Source: Glycera tridactyla
Taxonomy: Eukaryota
DNA length: 33,000 nt
Assembly: GCA_965644265.1 (NCBI GenBank)
Contig: OZ286477.1
Span: 35,681,001 to 35,714,000, forward strand
Reading direction: 5' to 3'
Part shown: positions 24,083 to 33,000 of the stretch, one piece after another
Numbering within the stretch: position 1 is the stretch's first letter
Layout: the number at the start of each line of letters is the position of its first letter
Position numbers and translations under genes: made by a program
The notes under the pieces: generated by a model
Databases searched by the model: none
Seen by the model: the letters and a program-made list of their open reading frames with translations, nothing else
Told to the model about the DNA's origin: nothing

Positions 24083-26088
24083 CGAACATTATTCTGACAG
24101 GACTTATCTAACAGAAGGCCTAGCGATGCGGAGAATTTCAGCAACTCCCTCTGCCAATCAATCATTCATATATCATCGAAAGATAGCCGGCACATGCCTG
24201 GCAAAACCCAAAAGCAAAATCTGTAACTTTTTCAGAATTTTTTCAAAAAGCATATATAACTCATCTGTAAAGTTTATGATACCATTTGGAGATCATAACG
24301 TTGTATCTTACCAATATTCGACTATTGTTCTCGTAACACTCTCGATATCATTCATTCGACATTTGAAAACTGAATGTACATTGTTCTCGCGTATCTGGAA
24401 CATCTCATCCTCCATTTGTGCATAGGCGATTATACAGAGAAGGCAGAATTTGAGATTAGTTCCATTGTGAATCCAAAACAAATCCATGTTGTTTTGCTAT
24501 TTGAAAATGCTCGACATGTGAGTTCCTAGGGAGGAAGTGGTGTGTTGTCGGTCGGAAGTGTTGTCTGACTTCAGGACAATTATCAGCTCTCTTGCTGGGT
24601 TTCCCTGAATGTCAGGCTTCCCCGGCTACCGGCAGCTACGGAGACACTAGGGGAAACCCACAAACCTTTTGAATGAAATCCAATTGCGTGCTGAGAGATC
24701 CAAGCGAAACGCTCGCTCCCCTCACCATCGACTTGCTTTTTACAATTCACATCGGAATGAAATCATATGATGCACTCCAAAATCTACTTCGAACGTTAAT
24801 TTTGAAAATGTGAAAATGTTGATGGGCCCGATGAATACAACTATCCATTGTTATATTCAGTTACTGCTACCGAATTTGAAGGTTACTTGTGCAATGCCTA
24901 TTTCGGATTCCACTTCCTGAAGTTAGATTACTGCAGCTGAAATGAAGTGGATATGTGAGACGCAATGTTTTATTAAGTTATCATGAGAGTACCCCGAGTC
25001 ACATATCAATGTTTCTCTTGGAGTGTGGCAACCAATAGAATATCTGAAATTAAAAAAATGGTCATGCTATACAATATAGGAACACATCGATTGCACGGTG
25101 CAAAGATTAATGACGCATGTCTTCTGAGGCTGCTTTCTGAAGCAATTTTCAGCGTACGGATGATAGTTGATTGGTTAGTTTGAGTTGATCAGTAGGCGTC
25201 ATCGTGTACTTCACATTGTCTTGATCAATCGGTAATCACTGTGACATCACTCTTATCCAACTAAGAAAAAAATTATAGGGATCCGACAATATCCCAAGTT
25301 GAATGTGGTTGGATGGCTGACACATTGTTATAGATCGGACGTATCGAGATATCACTGCCATAGGTCTGATAACGATGCATTCATGATATGCTCCAAGCTA
25401 TTGGTACAATGTATTGGTTCTGTATCCACAAGCCAAACGTTATTCCATGAGATTGTGGACAATTTGTCGATCATGATACAGACAATTGATGGAAGGGGTG
25501 GGGGGGGGGGGGGGAAGTCATGGATAGGACGAGCTGGATTGCCTATTTGCAGATAGTGGTCATTGTATCCGAATGGTGCCACAACTGCAATCTTGTATAT
25601 AGATTCATGTTTATATCCCCTAGGTGAGTATTGGACATGCAGGAATATGATATGACCATGGGGCAATGTTGACGTGAATATGATATCACAGATATTATTC
25701 GAATCTGGCACACATGCATGCAAGCCCGGGAGACAAGGGTTTAAAATTTAATTCAAGGTCGAGGATGATTATGTACTGGGATGCTCACGTTGGTGCTGTG
25801 ATATCCAGGAGTGTCCTATTATGATGCGCTATGACGTCATGATCCCGTCATTATGACGTTATGACTTGGATTGTTGCGTCAGGAACATGAATGAGTTCGT
25901 ATCCCGATGCATCATGCATTAGCACTATCACTCCCAGCAAGATCTCAATTCACGGGATACAAATGACATCGCTGACAACAACAACTGTTGAATTGATAGG
26001 ACAGGAGAGGACTTGCAACTGATGACCGAGAGGGTAATGAGGAGAAGGGGAAAGGGATGAAGATGATGATAGGAATAAATTGCAGACA

Positions 26089-26114
26089 TGCACACGCACA
26101 CACACACACACACA
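26089..26114 (+). repeat. (CA)n microsatellite
   Basis: gcacacgcacacacacacacacaca. Confidence 0.9.
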
Positions 26115-26810
26115 AACGTCATATACTCACAAATGCACACATATCTCGGTCTATGAATACCACGCAAAAGGGGATGAAGACACGGGGAGTGGAAAGAGGG
26201 CCACATATATGAGTTCCTAGATCATCATTCAGTCCAAGGCCGCCATAGGATATCTTCCAATACTTCATTCTATTTCAACACGCAATGTTAGGCAGGATGG
26301 GTTTATGGTGGAAATGAATGAGAGTTTGTATGTGGTGATAAAAATGTCATAATACCGAATTACAATCTAGTATCTCTGAGGACTTGATCTGGCCGTTTTC
26401 ACTCAACCTGATGGGCCTGTTCGACTTTCAACCACTTTGATGGCGCAGGTTAGGTATCACAGGTATAGGTTCGATGTTGGCTACCCAATTTCAGAAGGAA
26501 CGCTGCTCTTTAATTTAAAAGCAAAGTGAGTGTACCTGGATGACTGGGAGATAGGGCAGTCTCCATTGAAGGCCGCATTTACTCTGATATTGACACTCTG
26601 CTGGATCCATTGTAGATGCTTGAATAAAGGGAGGGCACTTTCCAAAAATCATTAATGAGGGATTATAGTTTTTAACATCACTGCATTCATCAAATCTTTA
26701 GTTACTGCGAATTTTCGAATATTATCATTACTTCTGAGACCTAAAGGTGGAGTTCTGAATGACCTCACCCATGCTCAATGCATGGCGTCTCAATATAGCC
26801 AAGTTGGCAA

Positions 26811-26886
26811 ATCATCATCATCATCATCATCTTCATCATCATCATCATCATCATTATCATCATCATCATCATCATCACATCATCAC
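26811..26886 (+). repeat. (CAT)n microsatellite
   Basis: About 24 imperfect ATC/CAT units. Confidence 0.95.
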
Positions 26887-26962
26887 CAAGGTCACCATCG
26901 TCTTCGTCGCCGTCTCGCTTGCCATCGTCAGGCGTATAGGCACTCATACTGGTGGCTGTCTT

Positions 26963-27260
26963 TGTCATCATTCACGAAGCTACCTGCTGGCGGTCACAGT
27001 ACTGTTGTGTTTGTTAGTATGTGCGTCTGTCAGCAGTGTCATCATTTTCGAAGCTACCTGCTGACAGTGATAGCACTGTTGCGTTTGTCGGAATGTGCGT
27101 CTGTCAGCGGTGTCATCATTGTCGAAGCTACCTGCTGACAGTGATAGTACTGTTTCGTTCGTTGATATGTGCGTCTGTCAGCGGTGTCATCATTCTCGGA
27201 GCTTCCTGGTGACAGTGATAGTACTGTTGCGTTCTTTGATATGTGCGTCTGTCAGCGGTG
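26963..27260 (+). repeat. Minisatellite, 4 x 74-bp unit
   Basis: The gaagctacctgctg anchor (variant ggagcttcctggtg) occurs at 26976, 27050, 27124 and 27198, giving a period of exactly 74. Confidence 0.95.
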
Positions 27261-27269
27261 TAGTTGTAG

Positions 27270-28100
27270 CAGGCACGTGTCATCTCTCCTCCCATCCACT
27301 CGAGGAGTAACCTGTTGACTCCAGCCTCAGTCAGCAACCGTTGGCCTGGGCATGAACCCCTGAACGGTGACGTTATGATAACTTGCCTACACTTCTATCT
27401 TCCCCCGCGTACTCACTGTAGAGAACAGACTATTTGGCGACAAGACCACATGTACAGCAACTCCGCAGACTCAACACAGCAACGACTTTCATCAAACTTC
27501 ATCAGCACAACTTCGGATTTACCGTCACTACTCAAATTGTGACTAATATTAGGATTTTTTTATCTACAATGATACCCGACAAATTGACTACTGTCACAAA
27601 GATTGAGAGTTCGAAGTCTGCCGTGGATACCAAGGCTCGTCTTGGCAGATAATCACCAGAATTGTGCATACGTAATCGGACGTAATGAAGCTTCTTTGAC
27701 GTTGTTCCGGAAATGGATCACAAAGGTCACAGACTGGAAACATATGAGTGAGTTGGAGTCTATACGTTAGGAATACCGAAACCCCGCAACTTCTCAAATA
27801 GTGAGTACCAGCTTTTTCTTATCAAAAAATCTCATTGTTGAGCATATGAATGCACTCTATATCACTATATTGATGGATAGATTACCTGAAATTGGCACTT
27901 ATGTTGATATATGGTATGATATAAAATTAATCTTCATATGTCACTGAATGAATATCTCTTATAGGGAAGAGAGGGGTTATAACAGATGCCATGACATCTT
28001 GTCACAGATCACGAGCATATATGAACTACAGTGACTACTTCATAGAGAATGAATGGGACACAAGTAAAGGCAGACGGACATATTGTCTACGCTGGATTCC
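27270..28100 (-). pseudogene. TLR-like remnant R9: TIR domain with possible TM
   Basis: LGIHG(R)/DFEL across a 1-nt shift (27607-27634; box2 consensus LCIHxRDF), SLMKVVAVLS (27469-27498), FDESRCCVESAEL and RLLLEW (27296-27313). Hydrophobic AFTCVPFILYEVVTVVHIC at ~28015-28072. Confidence 0.55.
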
Positions 28101-29274
28101 TGACTATCCTGGTATATCAAATCCCATATCAAATCCCATATCAAATATAACAATATGTGTACATGAACTCCGATTATTTTTCTCATAGTTTATCCGCATT
28201 TCCCTCAATTCAGTTGATAAGGAGATAGGTCATTCGCGTCATTTGAGACAAATAAAATTCATGATCCCCCAATTCCGCCTCAAAATTACGAAGAAATATT
28301 CAATGTCATAAGAAATTGTCATTAGTATCATCAGAAGACCGCGCTGATGGTTTGCGACCGGTTGATATAAATTAAAAACTGCAACATTCATTATTTGTCA
28401 TGAGATGGATGATATGACGTAGTATGTCTAACAGATGGCAACTCGGCCTTAGCTTCGTATTAGCTGTCAGCCATCTTCAGCAATCATGGGCTATGACTGC
28501 ATGATGAAATCATGATGCACAAGAGCTTTGCGTTCAACATCGAATGTACCCATGTGTTCAAGCATCCATTTCAGTTTTGTAATGATAATGATAAGGGTGA
28601 ACAGTAATGAACTGAAAATGAGATGGTGAATTATGACGAATGTACCGTCAATATGATAAATTCGAACAATACCAAACATGACAAAATATATATAATGCTA
28701 TAAGATCATGATCTCGGGAGATGTTATGTAGCAGAAGATTCATCTTTCCACTGCCTTGATTATGCTAGACAATGATAAATCATTTTGAGGAGCCTTAAAA
28801 AATATTTCATGGAAACCAAACTAGAGTAATGGTGTCGAGATGTTTTAAGGATGACCATGACCATGATGATCTCGGGGAATTTTTCCTTTCGCTTTCTCGT
28901 GCAGATTACAACTGAAAAATCTATTTTATTTTTTCTTTGGATAAGTTTGTTTCACATTTCTCGAAATTCGTTACTTTTTCGACACGATCATTCCCCTCTT
29001 GTGAACTTCGGAAGTTGTGAAGATGAGTAGGAAATAGGTGAATGATTTGTTTGGTAGGTTTCGTGCGCTCTGCGTAGCCGAGAAGGTCGATCCCTGATCT
29101 ACTATTGAGAAATTCGGGAATAGTTTCTATTGTTTCTTCAGTCACGCGTCAGTCTTGAGACGCATCCGCTTCATTTGAATAGGGTTCGAATCATGCTGAA
29201 TGAGCCATGAAATCCAGACCAGCCTCGAAAAGTTCGAACGTAATAGGAGGGGAAATGTCGTTTCGAAACACGTA

Positions 29275-29450
29275 CAGTCAAACCTGTATTCAGCAACCAC
29301 CCTTGGGATAGTGAAAAGTGGTTGGTTAAGACAGGTGGTTGTCTAATACAGGTTAATTATAGTGCGAAATACTCTGGAGGGATTTTCACAAGTGGTTGCT
29401 TAAGGCAGGTGGTTGCTTAATACAGGTGCCCTTTATAGCAGGTTCAACTG
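29275..29450. mobile_element. Tc1/mariner (pogo/Tigger-like) MITE, 176 bp
   Basis: Imperfect TIR CAGTCAAACCTG...CAGGTTCAACTG. Left flank TA (29273-74), right flank TG (probably mutated TA). Repeated internal gtggttg..taa.(a/g)cagg motifs. Confidence 0.8.
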
Positions 29451-30019
29451 TGATTGCCATATTCAGAATTGAATAGACTTTGATTAGGTCATAAGTGTTT
29501 CAATCTCATTGAACGAAAAAATGAGTTATCTTCCTTCTCATAATACAAAGTAGGATTGTACGTAGTGAAACAATTAGACTAAACAAGGAAGATAAGTACA
29601 CAGAGAATGAAACATGATTGGCTTCTCTCCGCGAGGAAGTGTTAGCAAGAAACAAATAGACTGACTGCAAAACTTCGAAAAGCCATCAAACAACCACCAA
29701 ATGTGATTTGAATATCTGTCTTACATGTGCTGTGCATTAGAAATGAGTTTTTTGTGAATAGTCGCAATTCATTGGAAGGCACACCACACAGGATCGACTA
29801 CTGAGATCACATAAAAGTATGAGACATTACAGGGGAATGCAGTTGTGACATGACAGAGGTAATTTCTTTCAAACGGACATTGAAACATGGCTCGAAATTG
29901 ACAGAAGACGAATGAAAATTCACTAGGTATCACACGTGAGCGATGAAAAGCAGACATGATGTGTGAGATAGTTATAAAACTTCTCGTAGGGTGTTTTGAT
30001 GGATCTCATAAAGGACAAC

Positions 30020-30370
30020 AAATGAAAAAAATTATGAAATGAAAATGAGACATAACATGATACATCACATCCATGAAGAAATCACATGAAAGAAGGGGTG
30101 ATATCACATGAAACCAACTGTTGCAAAACATCAAATGCGAAAGAAATGAGACCTCCGAAGGAAGAAACGGAAGCACTCACATGGATCTGACTCGAGACAA
30201 CACATGAAAAGACAGGTAAATCCACGTGAAATCGACCTGAAACATCACTCAAGAAATGCATGGATTATCATGAAAGGAACAGAAGAAAGCAGAAGAGAAG
30301 ACACAAGGCATTGTATGGAGGAATCATGAAAGATCACATGAAACATGAAACGTTGGCCTTCATATGAAAA
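30020..30370 (+). repeat. Degenerate low-complexity repeat built on CACATGAAA
   Basis: More than ten irregularly spaced cacatgaaa/catgaaa variants in purine-rich sequence. Confidence 0.6.
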
Positions 30371-30999
30371 AAAACGATCGGTCTCATCTGTGTAATAGTG
30401 GACAATGGATGTAATATGAGGATAAAAAGTAGCGCTCCTCGGATTGTAGTCCTCGAGCTAAGACTATGCACGCGATATAATTTGGCATTGATCAGACCTG
30501 AATGAATCCATATAGGATCCACTGCGACAATGCACTAGAGAAGATAAACCTTTGTGATATACCTTTTGCATAGACTGAAAATTCGCGCGAGAATTTCGAG
30601 AAATCAGGTTACAACAGAGCGGAGGTAAATGTGACTATTCTCATCTTCCCGGTAAATATACGACTGCTCATTCCAGAAAATATGCATGCCACTTCAAGGT
30701 AGCTAGTGCGTAAAATAAGGACAGGTGCTGATGTGTTATTGCATCATAAATGGTCATAGTGAAAATGAATTGAGCAACTAAACGTTCGAAGAAAATGACA
30801 CGGAAGATAAAGTAACAACGGAGGCGTAACCGATTTTGATTGTTTCGACATTTCGCCGGATGTGCATATATGCATTCTGAGTAAAGTGCACCACACTGTG
30901 GGACAGCTAGTGAAATTGCAAAGACAGCGATGATGTCAGCATAGATCAAAATGCACCCAGTCATCACTTCCGGAGATATTTCATGTTATCCGCAATCAG

Positions 31000-31700
31000 A
31001 AAAAGTCGAATGTCATATCATCACTTTCCGGAACTTTTCCATGCCGTCATCAACCATTTCTCGGAGTTGAATCACTGGTCAGAATGCTGACAGCCTTGTT
31101 ACACTGACACGAGCAGAGTTGCTACTCGTATAGACAACGACTACTGACACGATTGTTGAACCGCACTGGTCTGTTGAAATACTGAAGACCCAAGGCTTCG
31201 ACTGCCGCTTCGCCAGATCAGTTTGGCTTTGGTTGACGTTCGACTGCATGGATTCACCAATATGGTCATGTATGCTTTTTTTTCTCTGGTTGATGAAAGC
31301 TAGGTGTTCTCTCATAAAAACTAGTCTCGTGATCATGGGGAACCTGAAAGTGGGTAAGTGGAGGTCGATAACAGTGCAGACAAACTTCTACCTATAGTAC
31401 ATATTCAACCTCATGAATGCAAATCTCGTGATATTATCTGCTGAAAACTGGTACTTGTAACTTGTAGCAATGCTGTTTTTTCTGCACAGCACCGTACTCG
31501 AAACAAGGACAAATGGTAAGTTCAGAGAATACTCGACCAATGAGATCAATCCTGATTCGTCAACTTGGCACCAGCTTTTCAAATATGGATGCCCTATGCT
31601 CGCAGAACTATGACATCACGCCACTTTCTTTTCAACTTAGTCGCAACCCTAGAACCTAGTAACCAGTCTGCCTGGTACATGCGTACTCACAATATCCGTC
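31000..31700 (-). pseudogene. TLR-like remnant R11: LRRCT end, TM, TIR; upstream part displaced by the LINE
   Basis: CHSSASIGHPYLKSWCQ, hydrophobic LISLVEYSLNLPFVLVSSTVLC and YKYQF (ORF 31388-31582). ORF 31079-31336 reads LVFMREHL..KSIHDHIGESMQS...QSKPWVF..TIVSVVVVY, matching the TIR box2/alphaC/betaD order. Confidence 0.6.
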
Positions 31701-31705
31701 AAAGG

Positions 31706-33000
31706 TTTTTTTTTTTAGTTTATATTCTTTATTTTAGTTCGTCAATACATGAAAATGTACAAGACAAATGCCCCTCAAGGGGGCGTTCCCAGGTTGACGA
31801 AACTTAACAGTGCTTAACTAGTACATAACTCAGAGACAACATGACATCACACTGCATAGTAATATAATAATATAGTATCTTAGAAGGCTATGGTATTATT
31901 AAAAAAATATGTTATGCTGTATTTGTTTATTTAGGTTAATACTGGGGAGCGTAATGAAATTGACAGTATGGTTAATAATAATAATAATAATAGTAACGAT
32001 AATAATATTAATAACAATATCTTTGATATTAATAATAATAGTAGTAGTGAAGATAATAATAATGATAGTCGCTATTTTTTTAAAAATAACATTACTTCTA
32101 ATAATGATAATAATTAAGGATAAATATAATACACAGTACGAGGAACAGATAGGAACTAATTCATCGCAAGGTTTCGATGAGTGAGTGATCGGTAGTTGAT
32201 AATCAAGTACATAGTAAAGTAATGAAAGTAGAGAATGTAATGCAAAATTCATGAATTCCAAAGTCAAACACACGATGCAAAACATAAGTACACAATACAC
32301 TATTGTACACAATACATATATCTTTATGCATCTGTGTTTGTATTTGAGAATCTATCTGTCATCACATACCAAATAACCATAAACCAGTATTATGAAAGGA
32401 TGTTCTGCTAACCAATATGAAGGAAACTTTTAAGTTTCTCTTTAAAAACTTTAGGTGAGTCACTCTCAAAGTTAGGGTACTTATGGACATAGGAGTTCCA
32501 TGTTCTGGAACTTCTAAAACGGAAAGATCCTTCACACACTCTAAGTCTAGGATATTCTATATCAAGCAACATCTTTTCTGAAATTCTTGTTTGATGATCA
32601 TGTAATACTGGTGCATAACGACATAGGGGAGTATATTGGGAGTGTACTTCATCACAGAGTATCTTGTTAGCATGAATCATAGTATGATATTCTCTACGAC
32701 AATCCAGGTATGGCATCTTCAGCAGTTCATGAGTTGTTGACGTTCTAGTGAATCTTTCACATTTTGTTATGATTCTGAAAGCCTTATTTTGAACTTTCTG
32801 TAATTTACTTGAGTCCGCCATACCCAGACTGTCGTAGACAATATCGCAATAATCAAATATAGGGAGGATGAGCGTCTTGTACAGCATCAGGGAGGTACTC
32901 ATATTGAGTACTCCCCTGAGTCTGCCAAAAACACCCACCCTCCCTAAAGTTTTACTTCTCATATGTTCTGCATGTTCCTTAAAACTGAGACATGGGTCCA
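31706..33000 (-). mobile_element. 3' end of a second CR1/L2-group LINE (continues beyond the window)
   Basis: ORF2 C-terminus, a ~700-nt AT-rich 3' UTR containing (ATT)n, a GCCCC-5nt-GGGGC stem-loop at 31770-31784, AATAAA (minus strand, ~31728-31733) and an A11 tail ending at 31706. Confidence 0.9.
32408..33000 (-). CDS. LINE ORF2 C-terminal region (after the RT domain), open to the window edge
   Basis: DPCLSFKEHAEHMRSKTLGRVG..SLMLYKTLILPIFDYCDIVY..LQKVQNKAFRII is homologous to the first LINE's DSQLTFNTHTEYVREKTIGKIG..MMLYKSLILLIIDYCDIIY..IQRLQNHALKVV. No stop between 33000 and 32408. Confidence 0.85.
   Translation of the reverse strand, partial: DPCLSFKEHAEHMRSKTLGRVGVFGRLRGVLNMSTSLMLYKTLILPIFDYCDIVYDSLGMADSSKLQKVQNKAFRIITKCERFTRTSTTHELLKMPYLDCRREYHTMIHANKILCDEVHSQYTPLCRYAPVLHDHQTRISEKMLLDIEYPRLRVCEGSFRFRSSRTWNSYVHKYPNFESDSPKVFKEKLKSFLHIG

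Larger units (their letters stand above)
23011..26800 (-). pseudogene. TLR-like remnant R8 (possibly two fused remnants): LRRs, LRRCT, TM, start of TIR cut by the foldback element
   Basis: LRR fragments LFKHLQW..AAFNG (~26565-26630), IILDLELN (~25760), KLSTISWNNVWLVDT..NSLEHI (ORF 25352-25723), MNDIESV and LFEKILKKLQILLLG (24206-24250). LRRCT-like LM*DNP/SC (~23490-23510). TM-like VFVVCFSV..ITFLL. Then IFKSRWLR...NHDALLS and LMRDRIITG (23016-23192). The 5' extent beyond ~25800 is uncertain. Confidence 0.6.
28150..30964 (-). pseudogene. TLR-like remnant R10: near full-length outline (signal peptide, LRRNT, LRRs, TM, TIR)
   Basis: Signal-like MTGCILIYADIIAVFAISLAVPQC from ATG 30964, followed by a Cys cluster. 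LRRs LFYALATLKW, STITQMRPIVFFHM, FERNYLCHVTTAF, ISVVDPVWCAF and ETIETIPEFL. TM FVIIHHLIFSSLLFTLIIIITKLKW, then VHHDFIMQS (ORF 28491-28679). TIR YINRSQTISAVF (28334-28369). Interrupted by a MITE and a low-complexity insert. Confidence 0.65.

Noticed and set aside
26963-27260. Tandem tRNA genes (74-bp unit length)
   Set aside because: No cloverleaf, no GTTCRA T-loop/B-box and no D-loop/A-box consensus.
26759-27310. Poly-His, poly-Ser and poly-Met ORFs and repeated hydrophobic ORFs
   Set aside because: They are translations of the (CAT)n microsatellite and the 74-bp minisatellite.
4075-31700. One functional multi-exon gene assembled from the short ORFs
   Set aside because: Motifs continue across stops and 1-nt frameshifts at spacings too short for introns, and TM-TIR modules recur many times. 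This fits multiple pseudogenes, although an unrelated host gene with exons outside the window cannot be excluded.
31899-32312. Ile-rich membrane protein ORFs on both strands
   Set aside because: They derive from (AAT)n low-complexity sequence in the LINE 3' UTR.

Overview
This is eukaryotic DNA, most likely from an invertebrate animal; no prokaryotic features were seen and no intact host gene is present. Manual translation of the minus strand across frameshifts shows that most non-transposon sequence is a head-to-tail array of about 10-11 heavily decayed, apparently intronless Toll-like receptor (LRR-LRRCT-TM-TIR) remnants. All face the same way and are packed with little or no intergenic DNA; at least one has the multiple-cysteine-cluster (Toll-type) layout. 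Part of the array was tandemly duplicated (13203-16938 and 16939-21362). It was later invaded by two CR1/L2-group LINEs (about 560-4075 +, 31706-33000 -), two related Tc1/mariner (pogo-like) MITEs, a 1073-bp foldback element with TACGG termini and a 6-bp TSD (IS3EU-like), a 74-bp minisatellite and many microsatellites. There is a 160-N gap at 21461-21620. TLR calls rest on degenerate motifs read by eye, so boundaries are approximate and need frameshift-aware HMM confirmation.
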